Of a stretch of 64,000 nucleotides of DNA, positions 33,201 through 45,107 are shown piece by piece. The notes below the pieces were generated by a model. It ran no database searches and was not told the DNA's origin. It saw nothing but the letters and a program-made list of their open reading frames with translations. The translations under genes and the position numbers were made by a program. Source of the DNA: Massalongia carnosa (lineage: Eukaryota); NCBI GenBank assembly GCA_965645245.1, contig OZ287072.1:2356001-2420000 (forward strand), written 5' to 3'. Every line of letters begins with the position of its first letter. Positions within the stretch are counted from its first letter, which is position 1.

Positions 33201-34019
33201 AGAGCTAGAGACGTACGACACGGGTCAGCTATGTCTATCACACGGGTCTCCTTCGTCTACAACACGGAGCCCTCCGGCTGAAAGAAATAAAACATATAGA
33301 CACATAGTGTAGGGTCACACCCTACACGATACAAGGGATTTGGGTTATGAAAACCATCCGATTGATGGCTACCGTGAGCAACACGGCCCGAACCGGAGTC
33401 GTACCGGGGCTGGTGGAGGCAACCTAGTCATCAAATAGGACACCCTTGGGACAAGAAGAGGGCAATGTACGAGGAACCCGTTAATTGATAACAGTCTAGG
33501 CCCTGAGCTAATAGACCAATTTCAAACGAGCACCCCTCCGAGTTGTCCTCGACTCGTTTTGGTTAGTAGGGACGGAAAATCGATACTATACTGCCTGGTC
33601 AGGAGCATAGTGGTCGAAATCCCTGCGAGACATGGTCGGTTCATAAACGGGAGACCTTTATGAATAACGCGAAGTGGGCGTAAAAAACCCGTGAGGCGTG
33701 GTATGCAATGGCGGCCACCCGTACGGAGACCGTCTGCATAGCCCGAGAGGACAGTATGCGCATGTCGGTGTATATAGAGCAGGGAATGTCTATCTCGCTC
33801 ATAACGAGACCCCGTCGGTTCGCCGGCGCATGGGCTACGGCTAGACTCGCCCTTGATATATGCTTAAGGAGTAAACTAGGTTTGACCTGGGCGAAAGGGA
33901 CGTCGTTCACCCCAATCGTAGAATTCATCAATAGTCTTGGGCCGTAAAACGCACCAGTGAGATGAACGAAAACTGGGATAGATACTTCACGAAGGAGATG
34001 TCAACTCTATTTTATCATT

Positions 34020-35477
34020 CTTAGCCAGTTTCAAGGAGCGCCGACACTCGCAGCTACACAAACGAACGAAATTTCGTCAACATGGAAGATTGTGAACGGC
34101 AAGAAAAGAAAAATGCACAACGCGGAGCTCTCAGCCGATTTATCACCGGGCTTCCCCCGAGGAGAGCAAGTATCAACCTGGGCTAATATAGGCATTATGA
34201 ATCCTGAAAACATGATCAAAGCCTTAGCAAAACCAGCGCTAGGTAGACCCCGCGCAGAATCCGTAGTAACGACAGGTACCCAGGCCACCCCAGTCACAGT
34301 GGTCGAAACCATGGAAATCCTATGAGGGACATAAAATCCCTCTCGATATTGCAGTATAATGTCAGAAATGACAGAGTGAGTACTATGATACCCCTCTTAG
34401 CAGACACAAACACCCAGGACTATGATATCATTGCAATACAGGAGCCGTGGCGTTACCCATCCGCCCCCACATTGCTCAGTTCACATCAAAGTGGCTTTCA
34501 CCTTATATACCGCCCAGGAGGCGACACCAGAGTGTGCTTCTATATCAACGATTCAATAGACACTGACAGCTGGGAAGTAGAATTTCCCTCGGCCGACATG
34601 TGCACGCTAAAAATAGAAACATGCACCGAAGGCGTAGCGGAGGTGATCAATATACACAACGTATACAATCCCTCCCCTGCCTCCTATTCGTCCACTGACA
34701 GCCCCTCCACTCTATCGACCGCTCGGAGCATGCTAACCCAAGGCGTGCATCATATCCTGCTTGGTGATTTCAATCTGCATCATCCATTTTGGAACGGTCC
34801 TTCAAGACCCACACAACATGCTGCAGCTATCAATTGTTAGATATCATCGATGAGTTCAATCTCTCGCTAACATTGCCGAAAGGCACCGTAACATGGAAGC
34901 AAGAAACACATTTAGCACGATCGATCTAGTTTTCATGTCAGAATATCTAGTTGAAAGACTTGAACACTGCATGACCAGACCAGAATTAAATCAATCGTCC
35001 GATCACGTACCGATATCAACCCGCATCCTACTCGGTAGTGAGTCGCAACCAAAAAGTAAACGCAGGGCATGGAAACTTCTGAATTTGGAAAAATTAAGGG
35101 AAGCCGAGCGCCACGCACCTCCACCGACGTCTCCCTGCACACCTGCCGAGATCGATAGGTACACAGAATCGATTCAAAAATTCCTACAAAATGTCATCAA
35201 TGCAGCCGTTCCATGGGCGAAATCTAGCGAATATGCTAAGCCTTTCTGGACAGAAGAGTGCAATATTGCCACCAAAGCCACACGAAAATTACGCCGCATA
35301 TGGTCTGACACACGAGATCCAGCGGACTGGTCCAACTACATGAAATCTAATGACAAGAAACAGAAAATTATCCAAAAAGCAAAGAGGACAAATTTTCGTC
35401 AAGAGATCAGTAAGGCTACCGAAACGCCTCAGGGTCTGTGGCGGCTAGCGAAATGGGCCAAAGACAAAAGTCACACA
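34020..35477 (+). mobile_element. Truncated Tad1-like LINE (end of ORF1; ORF2 endonuclease from 34322)
   Basis: ILQYN, AIQEPW, LGDFNLHH and SDH motifs similar to the 23173-26499 ORF2; ATGA overlap; frameshift at ~34830; RT domain missing. Confidence 0.9.
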
Positions 35478-35478
35478 G

Positions 35479-36144
35479 CTAGTCATGGCAGATGATGATG
35501 CCTCCGGGGCGCAACATGCTCAGTATATGGCTCGCGTTGATGCGCCAAAAGGGAATCTGCGGGTCGTGTGGATATATGCTACCTAGGACGAGCTGGTAGC
35601 TCAGTCTACCCAGCATGTCTCGCATCCTTCCGCTGAAGAAGCCGGAGCCTGGCCGGAAGTATTTGGGCGGAGGCTCTACCTCCACAGCAGCGTAGGCCTC
35701 GCGGATCAGCTCCTCTACGCGCTGTATCTGCTCCGCAAGAGTGACGTCGCTCAAGGATCGTGAGGGCTCGTCGTACATGGCGTGGTTCCCCAGGTCGTTT
35801 CCGCCGCGGACGAGATCTTGCAGTGTCGCCTCGTGCCTTGCGACTTGCGATCCGACAACGAAGAATGTCGCGGTCGCATCGTTCGCTTTTAGGATTTGCA
35901 TGATCTCATCCGTATAATCGGATGGGCCATCGTCAATTGTCAGCGCTATGGTCTTCGAGGACGTGGGCACGCGCCAGAGGACGTTGGGCCACTGACGTTG
36001 GAAATAACGGACCAAGAACGCGGGAGGTTTGTATATCATGTAGAGAGGCGCAATCAAGATGCACATGACGCTCAACAAGACAAGCATTGTTGCAATTCTT
36101 AAGCGTTGAGTTCGTCGGTGTAACTTGAAAAACAAACGATACAT
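35479..36144 (-). pseudogene. C-terminally truncated polysaccharide/chitin deacetylase (NodB, CE4)
   Basis: ALTIDDGP, ATFFVVG, LGNH, YFRPGSG and IIICHD motifs; N-terminal TM; ends abruptly at the LINE fragment junction. Confidence 0.85.
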
Positions 36145-36531
36145 CTTGTTTACAAGGTGAAAAAATTGTTTGTTGAATCTCATTCTATCAAATTAATTTA
36201 ACCTTTTAATCCACATTTGAGATTCTCGAAAGTTTACCAGTAGGTTTTTTAATTAATTTTAATCGTTATAAAATATTTGAAAAATTAGATTAAATTTGCA
36301 AAAGAAATTGATTTTTAAGTTCTCGCGGGGGGTCGGATTCAGGAATATCCACGATATCCAACCCGACCTTTAGGCGTAGTTTCAACAACGCTTGCCCGTT
36401 TTAAAATGACTTCTTTTCGTCAGAGTCAGCTAGCCTAGAGTTCTCGTTCTACTGACTTCAGTCTTCAATGCTCTTAATATTACTCGTACGATCTTTGCCT
36501 TTCTCGAGTTGACTGCGATCTATTGTAGATT

Positions 36532-39500
36532 ATGTCGTACAAGTCCGGCGCTGCATCACGAGGCCAAAATCCGCGAGCCAACACGCTTCCTGTCTGCTTT
36601 GAGGATCTCGATGACGAGTGTGTAGCCGAACGAAACGAATCAACTGAGTCAAGGTATAGGCATCGGCCAAGGCATCGGCCAAAAACCGTTCATCGCGACT
36701 ATCTACGGTGTAGCAGCGAGAAGAAGACTGACGATAGCGACAATCGTAAAATTCTTGAGCGTAGATTATTCAATCTCACTCAAAGAAGCACTCGTTCCGT
36801 TGTCTCGAACGAACCAAAATCGACTATGATATTAACCAGCAAAGCAAGAAGATGAGCTAGACGTGAATCGTAACACACATGATTTCATCCTGCTGCGACA
36901 TAGCAGGAGTCTCCTTAGTCGGGACATATTCTTCAATGGGTCTGTGTCGTCTTTGAAGACTGGAAATAGTTCTGAATTGCTGTCTGCTGGTGGTATAAAG
37001 TTGAGCACGATTCATCAAGCTTATCGATTTCAGTACAACGGAATCGGGGTATGTACAAGGAGGACATATTACGGAATTAACTTTTACTCACGATCCGAAG
37101 AACAATCGCCCACTATTGTTTTAATGGATGTAAGTATTCGTAATCTGTAGATGAGAGGTATATCTGATGACCTATTGGCCATTTTGAAGATCCGATGATG
37201 CACTTTGAGAATTCCCAAGTCAATCTCGTCCATGCAAACCAAATGATTTATTGATGCTAACGATTGTAGAATGAGATTGCCAATATTCCAGCATTGACCG
37301 ATATTGAAAGTGCAGGACTCTCAGATCTTCTTGAAAAAGTACGAAAAAAATTCGACAAGCCTCTGCAGACTCTAAAAGGGACTAAAGTACGGTTTATGCA
37401 TCTTGAATATCTTCAAGCCATCTTATTTCAAGATGACCGCCATGGGAAAAACCTCTCAAGATGAAAAATGTTAAAATGGCTTTGCTTTCCGTACTTCTCT
37501 CTGGAGAGTATTCAGTTATTCTTTCTGCTTCGAGGCCTGATACCCATCCAATTCGCTCACTGTTATAGGCATGTCATTCCTTGTTCTCATAGGAGTGAGA
37601 TATGTAACAAGCTGTTTGTAATGTAATTGGTATGCCTTATGTGTTCTGTCTTCATATCGCACAGATTTAGTGGGTTGTACTCGATGATTGTAAGATGTTC
37701 AAGTTGATGTTATTATATGACCAGAATATTAACGTGTCTAGTCCTTTTGATCTCATGCGCTAGAAAACCCATGTCTACTCTTAAAGGAGATTAAACTTCC
37801 GTTATATCTCGACCCATGCCAGAAAAGATCAACGGGATGGCGCCTTGATACTTGTGTCTTACGATGAGTGTGTTCTCTGGCCCTTCGCAGTGGATGACTG
37901 TCCGACTTGATTTGTGAATACCGAAACGCCGCTTTGTTAACATCCTTCGGTGGCTGATGACACCAAGGCCTAAATCTCAAATGTCTGGGAGTTTTGGCCT
38001 CTGCCTTTTCGAATTCTCTATGATAGCAAGGTGCTTTCTGCAGATATCTGGCCGAGTAACCTTAATCACGCTATAATAAGGCGTAGCATTATCCGGTTGA
38101 ATTTTCAGTTGGGTTAGATATCTCATTCTTCCTTGCTCTCAATATAACATACTGACAGTTCAGTGCTACTCACAAACTGGCCGTCCGAGGAACATTATAC
38201 TGTCTCTAGTAATACAGATATGGACCCTTCCATCAGTGCCGAAGGATAAGAAGCACCTTGGAGTCAGCAGTACACGGAATCTAGTACGTCTCATCCTTTG
38301 ACTTCTCAAAGTGTTGAAAAGGGGGTCTCAGCTTCACATATTGCTTCAAGAAACAAAAAGCCTAATGTTAAATTCTCAAACTATGACAATAGTAATATTC
38401 CCGCGAATCAGCCTGTTGCCCTTTCAAATGATGCTTTCTACGTTTTTACCTGCCTTAATGCCAAGGAAGTCGACTATGACGCTAGCTTCTCAGGAATAAT
38501 GGAAAACTAGTTGAATGATGACCTCAAACGTATGGATCAGTTTCTTAGCTGCGAAACCAGTATTACTGAGCGTATCGCTCACAAAGAATGCCCTCGAATC
38601 TCCTGTCATGTAGTCTGCAGCTCACTTGATCAAGAAAGGAGAGCTATTGAGGACTCAAACCTGAGAAACAAGAAGGAAAATGAGAGAAAGCGATTGATAT
38701 GCGAGCAACGAATTGACATCTTTAATGCTTATATTTCATGTCTTTTTCTCTTCGACGATTGAAGGCCCAATAGTCTCAAAGTATAGGGGAGCCCTCTATC
38801 AACTCTTAGAAGTGAGTATTTCAGATAAAGACATTAGGTATCCATGCTAAGATTTATAAATAGGGGTTATCTATTTGTTAGTAGCACTAGTAGATAGAAC
38901 GGGCTGTGGGCACGACTAGAGGCTATTAAGGCCTTCGTCACTGTTAGGCACGGGACGCCTAGCCAGCCACGTGACCCCGAAAAGGGGCACACGCCTATAT
39001 AGCCCACGCTCGTTACTAGCTAATTGAACAACTTTACCATCCAACTCAAGCACTGACGTAGTCATACGTCTGGTGCCACGAGTTGGGGTAAACCCACACT
39101 ATTGATAAATCTAGAAATCAAGCCAAGAAGTCCAAAACAGGAATAGTTTATCAAGAAGCTCGATTTTTTTATAGAGATCTTCGTGAGGTTAGTGAATGAC
39201 TCGAACAGATAGTACGATATATTAATCCTTCCAACGAAATGTTCTCCAACGCGAAATCTACAGATCGGTCCTACATCGAAATTCCAGCAGAGCTCTTGAA
39301 GGCTTTGCTATAATCTCATTAGCGTTCTATACGAGATATTTTGCCCAATGGGAAGAGCAGATGAGTCAAGGCTCAGGTCTCATCGATGAAGGGATGAAGA
39401 AAGTGGTACAGAGTCTCACTCGAACAAGCTTGCTAAAAGAACGGTTTTTGCTCCTCTAGAAGTCTCCTCGCTGGTTAATTATCAGCTTTTGCACGACATT

Positions 39501-40380
39501 ACCGGAGCACATTTAGACATTAGCGATACTTATACAGAGTATTTTGAAAGGACTCGTAGATGATTTACAAATATTATCCTATCAAGTCCTTGAAATTTTA
39601 AGCAGGAACTAGACGTTGAAGTCAACCCGTTAGAGCGGGAACATCAGGACAGAATTACACCCCTAAAGCAGGAAATATCAGTGATTGAGGAAACTTGGAG
39701 ACATCAGAGTGAGATTCTAAATCTGGCCACGAGGACGCAACTCGATTGAAGCTAGGTAAGGAAATTAACAATCGATTTAACGGCTGGGAGACTGAAAATT
39801 GCAGAACTTTCTACCATCCCTTTTCAATATCGCCGTACTCTTCACGAAGAGATAGATTGTAACACCCGATCACGAAAAGAGAAACATAGAAATCCGTCTA
39901 CAATTGTCCTTCACTCTTTCGACTCCAAATTTCCCCTATTGATCCCCATGCATATCGAGATTCACTAGTACAGAAATGCATCGGACATGTCGAGAATAGA
40001 ATCAAAGACTTTGATTAAATGACTGGGAAGGTCCAGGATATCGAAGAATGGGTATTCTCAACCTCTTGCATATCTAATACCTCTACTCTTAACCGGCTGG
40101 GTTGATGACTCGAGGCTGAAATGAAGCAGAATATTCGAACAACCAATTCCAACAAAGACCGTCAAGAGTCGGCCATCTACGCCTTTACTATCGTGACCGT
40201 CGTCTTTCCTCCCCCTAGCATTATTGCTAGCATTCTGGGTATGAATACCAAGGACGTTCACAACATGCGGATAAACCAATGGGTTTTCTAGACCATCGCT
40301 CTCCCACTGACATGCATTCTTATCTCTCATTACCTGTCCTGGGCAGGAGAACTGGGAAACATTAAAAGAGGCTTCTCTGG
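36532..40380 (+). pseudogene. Heavily decayed gene ending in a CorA-like two-TM domain
   Basis: ~40150-40350 reads AIYAFTIVTVVF..ILGMNTKDV..QWVF*TIALPLT (GMN motif); many stops upstream, so the 5' limit is uncertain. Confidence 0.6.
38876..39098. mobile_element. Solo LTR
   Basis: TG..CA ends, TSD CTATT on both sides, internal TATATA. Confidence 0.88.
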
Positions 40381-40386
40381 AGTCGC

Positions 40387-40771
40387 TATCGGGATGGGGT
40401 TTGCCCGATTCGGACAGCCGTCCCGACCCGGCAGACGGGCTCGGATATTGTTTGTGTCCAATAGGATTGACCCGAAGTCCGCAGCTTAGCTGTGTTTTAC
40501 GGGTTTTGTAGATACGTGTTTGTGTCGACTTATGAAAAGTGTTGAGAGAAGATAAAGTGGGTGGGATAGAGGTAGAAAGATGTCGGTTTCAAGAGGGGCT
40601 ATGCACGAGACGAGAGAGGAGAGGAAGAGTTGTATTAGGTGAAGATAAGATAATCATAGTAGAGTCTTCACGCTTAGTTTTTCCCGTTTTGTTCAGGAGT
40701 TTCATCGTGTCGTTCATTCTGCTTACAGTTCGTAGCAGGCTCTCAGTTAAGAAAGAGACAGGAGAGGGAGA
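40387..40771. mobile_element. Unclassified 385-bp insertion flanked by an 8-bp direct repeat
   Basis: GGAGTCGC at 40379-40386 and 40772-40779; GC-rich hairpins at the left end, purine tract at the right end, no TIR pair. Confidence 0.45.
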
Positions 40772-41108
40772 GGAGTCGCAATCAGAGACTAAATCTGTCT
40801 CCCTATACTAAATATTAAGGCCGTCATAGAAAAATCCTCAGCCAAATAGATCACCGGAATCCCGTCTTCTTCACAAAGCAACGCTGGAGAAAGAAATTTA
40901 AGAAAGTAATATAGTCGTTAATTCACGTATTATGCTCTTGGTTTTTATTTTTTAAAAAAAATAACGAGAAAGGAAGAAGACTCCACATTAGATCATGCGA
41001 TCATCTGATACCTTCATCAAATGTCAGGAATCTTCTGCCTCAAAGACTCAATGACGAATAAGCGGCAAACCGTGTTTCAACAACATCCTGAATAACCAAG
41101 ATTGTGGA

Positions 41109-41915
41109 TCAGGAGCTCAAACAAGCCGTCTCCTGAAAGATAATGGGATGGCAGGCACTCGGGCTGGGGATCTGCATGATTCCGTCCCCAAGCCCGGCCC
41201 AAAACACGGGTATAAGACCAACATAGGAATCTCCAAGTCCTCCAGTTCTGGTATTAAGTCGAACGCAGGGAGTACATTTGCCGAACAAGCACCTTATCTT
41301 CGCCGTGAAATCCACCACTAAAGAAGATTGGTACGAATTCGTGATAATTAGATAATAGGTCGTGGCGCCCACAAACTGGGGTACTTGGTCGCTAAAATGA
41401 CCCGATTGATCGAGCAGGAACCAAGTCCCGCCTTCCGGAACATTCTCGTTTTGAGACGAAGCGCAACTAGCCTTGCTATCGCCACGGCAGATGCGAAAGA
41501 TGAGGGTTCGAAGACTTTCGAGAGTGCCGAAATGGTAATAGGTGCCCGCGCCCTCACCGGCTCTCGTGATGGGATTGCCCATGAGATCGCTTAAGGTGTA
41601 GCATCGTCCATAGCGTATTCCAAGCGTTCCGTTGACGGGGCATTGACTCGGGTCTCGACCTGCACATGTATCACACCCGGCCGAGGCGAAGGAGCTGGAT
41701 TGAGCATCTGGCGCTGGAGTTGATAGGACACCTAGCTTTGATGGCTCTACCAAATTCTGTCCCATCAAGCCATCGTTCTCGTTTTCACCCGTAGGATTGG
41801 AGCTGAATGTTTTCAATTTTTCTGCGCAGTAACTTCCTTCAGTCAGGACGTTCTGATCAGTACCGCTGACACGACAAGAAGTAAAGAGCAAAACGAGGAG
41901 GTAGATGAAAAGCAT
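41109..41915 (-). CDS. Secreted cysteine-rich protein of unknown function (~268 aa)
   Basis: Uninterrupted ORF, hydrophobic signal peptide MLFIYLLVLLFTSC, many cysteines. Confidence 0.75.
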   Translation of the reverse strand: MLFIYLLVLLFTSCRVSGTDQNVLTEGSYCAEKLKTFSSNPTGENENDGLMGQNLVEPSKLGVLSTPAPDAQSSSFASAGCDTCAGRDPSQCPVNGTLGIRYGRCYTLSDLMGNPITRAGEGAGTYYHFGTLESLRTLIFRICRGDSKASCASSQNENVPEGGTWFLLDQSGHFSDQVPQFVGATTYYLIITNSYQSSLVVDFTAKIRCLFGKCTPCVRLNTRTGGLGDSYVGLIPVFWAGLGDGIMQIPSPSACHPIIFQETACLSS

Positions 41916-43197
41916 AATTCGATGCAGATTTCTTTGAGATGTTTTCAAGGAAGGTTTGAGGAGTATCAGTTATCGGTATTCGGTGTGCGACGATAAAGCA
42001 AACTTCAATTCAGGAAATCTGTTGTTCTTTTCTTCTCTGGAATCTAGAATACTTCCGTCTTCGTTATATATGTTCATCTTGCCGAGCTGAAAATAAACTT
42101 CAAGGGACAAGAACGAAGTTGCTCACAGATGCCTTAAGGTTTTGATCATGAGAGACGATCAATGCAATGCAACGTAAGAGAAAAGGCGGGGGTCAAGAAT
42201 TTGGAGATATAACGCTTGAAGTTAATGCTGCAGAAGGCGTACGTAGTACATGCATATGTATATCTGATCCATGAGCCAATGTCGTATTGGTCGAAAGCTC
42301 GAAGTCACATGGATGCCTCTCCTCGATGAACTGGTTATGAATGCCTTCCTGTCCGCTTTCCTCAGTCTCTAGCCTTGCGCCACCGAAACGCGAGGAGCTG
42401 AACGCCTATATTGACTACCTGCATTGCATTTTATAGAGCTAACAAGCCATGCGCACGCCCACCTTATACGGACAGAGCGATCTCGTGTTGTGTTGCATGT
42501 TTAGTCAAATCATTATCCAATCGCGACCTATTCTCGTTCATCGTGCTTGCTATTGTTGTCAAAATGAAAAATCGAGCTTCAATGCGATCACATGTGTGTT
42601 TAAGCGTGGCGAAGACCAACAGCTCAAGGGCTGAGGATTCTATACAGAGTATGCGTAGCATTGCAAGGACAGAATGAAAACGTCCGCTCGGAGAATTTCG
42701 GAGTTTATTCTGACTTCGATTAATACAGTACTGTGACTTTGACAAGCAGTCGGACCTTTTCCGCTATTCCTCCTCGCAAGGAAAGTTAAATCGTCGCGAA
42801 GTCTTCGTTGTGGCTGCAGGAAGAAGTATGTCAGAAGAAAGGGTTGAGCTCGTTGTCTTGCTTCTTAAGCGAGTTACCTGAGTGCATTCTTTGAAGCTTA
42901 TGCAAGTCACAAGTCTTTTTAACTCCTCTGCTTCTCTGTCGCAACGTTGACAATCCGATTCGATCTTAGGCTCTGCCTTGCAAGGTTTATACATTTCTCA
43001 CAGCTGTCGTTGCATTACTGCCGTGCAGAAGATAAGTTATTAGCGTATGCAAAATGATTTGCAATTGCGCTTATGAAAACACATACCACCAACATGACCC
43101 TACCATTCAAACTCCAAAATCTTAATTTTCCTAGATATTCCCTACACCAAAATCCTAACATATTTTTATAATTTGGTAGACATCTATAGAAATTATT

Positions 43198-43947
43198 ATG
43201 CCTCCAAATAGACGGAGTAAAAAGGGACCAGTTTACCAAGTTTTGCCGCCGGCGCCGACTCGGGGGGGTCGTCGCCGCCAAGTTCCTGCTCGCCTACGAA
43301 GCTCGCCCACCCCTCTTGGTCCTAACCCTCAAACCCCGCTCTAGGGTGCACACCGTCCCCATGAGAGCCCTCCTCCTAATCCTCCTAACCCTCCTTCTTC
43401 TCCTCCTGTCGGCGCCCGTCTTCCAGCCCCTCCATTGTTTCCTCCCTTAGATGCTCGACCTCGACCCCCCCCGGTTCCACGCCGCCCGAGTGCGCGTGAC
43501 GACCATACACCGGTATTCACCATGAAAACGCCCAAGATTCCCGGCAATACTCGCGAGGGGAAGGCGGAGCGTGTGTTATGGCGTGCATATTTGGAGAGAA
43601 GCAAGGAGGCCGCCGCGCGAGCAAGAGCGAGACGAGATAGGGAGGATGAAGAATGGGAAGCGGAGGTCAATCAATTCGGGGAACCGGAAGCCCGACGACC
43701 ACGACTGGAAGAAATAGAGGTTAATAAAGAATTAGACAAATTGACTACATCGAACATTGAGGAAGATGAGGCCGAAGATCTAGTATCAGATCCTATGTTG
43801 ACCGTTCATGCTAGACTTCGTGTCAATGGTAGAGTTATATGGACCTCATCGCTAGGTTCTAAAAAACGAAGCGTTTTCAGTATATGGGATTTCGAACAGA
43901 CATTGGAGACTGAGATTGAGAAAAGGAACGGGCATACTAAAGGATAA
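43198..43947 (+). pseudogene. Second, convergent ORF inside the Tc1-like element (Pro/Arg-rich, then acidic; broken and truncated)
   Basis: ATG just inside the left TIR; 43435-43947 is open and collides with the transposase fragment. Confidence 0.5.
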
Positions 43948-44635
43948 CGCTTCGGGGGCCTGGATAAGGGGTGCAATATGGAAGTAATTCGTCGGTTATC
44001 CATTGAAAGAAACCATCTGCATTAAACCACCCCTCCCGAATGCTCGTACATGGCAGATAGCCATCAACAGTATATGCAGGAAGAACGGTCCAATTATGAC
44101 CCCTCCTAATGTCCCCCTGGTATCGAGCCGGTTGGCCAATTGGTGCGTATGCCCTCATCCTCCAACCGGTCATCTCATTGAATGCTGTTTCATCAACGAA
44201 AACCAACTGCTCTGCAGTCACATTAAGCATGCTAGCATGCCAATTTTCCCTCAATTCGTCGTTCCTACGCCCATATCTTTGACTTTTCTTTTGACTCCAT
44301 CGCCGTTTCTTTATTTCCCTAGAAACGGTTGATTGATGCACGAATATACCCCACTCCTCCCAAAGAAACCAGACCATCTCCTTTTGTTGGGCCCATGGCT
44401 GACGATTTAGATATTCGATCAAGGAGTCGCCGGCGGCTTTAGTAATTTTGCATGCGCGACCTAGATGACGTCTTCGAGGAGCGGATATGCTACCATACAT
44501 GAATAAATTCTCTTGGAAATTATAGATAGTTCGGACACTGCAATGAACCTCTTTGGCTATGGCATCCGGTCGCCAATGAAGGAATAAATATCGAATGATT
44601 CGCGATCGCATGGATGGAGGAAGGGATTCGACCAT
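43937..44635 (-). pseudogene. Truncated Tc1/IS630-type (DDE_3) transposase
   Basis: HTH region, VFVDET, then PGPRSVIL* where the second catalytic Asp motif is expected. Confidence 0.88.
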
Positions 44636-45107
44636 ATTGACGATTAATATATATATGTGTCTACCAAATTATAAAAATATGTTAGGATTTTGGTGTAGGG
44701 AATATCTAGGAAAATTAAGATTTTGGAGTTTGAATGGTGGGGTCATGTTGGTGGTACCGTATTATCTGGCAAATAAGACTCTAGTCTTATAGGGGGGTGG
44801 TCAACCCGAGGGTCATTTGGAACGGGGTCTTATAAGCAGGGGGGGTCTTATAAACAGGTATGATCTTATAAGGGAGTAGATCTTAGTAAGCAGGGGAAAA
44901 ACACGAAGACGCGCTTGCCTCAGTACCTCAGACGTGCGTGGCTCTATGAGCCGGCTAAGCCCCTCCGGGTTAGCCTATTTTCGCTAAGCCCCTTCGGGTT
45001 AGCGGCCCTTTAGCTGACTACGCATGCTACGGGCGGCACGAGGTATCCCAGTTACGTATAACCTCATCATTTTATCCACCTTTATCGTCTTTTCATTGAT
45101 TTATTTC

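Noticed and set aside
33560..34020. Possible RNase H or other TE fragment (IYTD-like motif on the minus strand)
   Set aside because: One weak motif only; cannot be supported without a homology search.
42411..42994. Several 60-90 aa ORFs
   Set aside because: No motifs or splice structure linking them.
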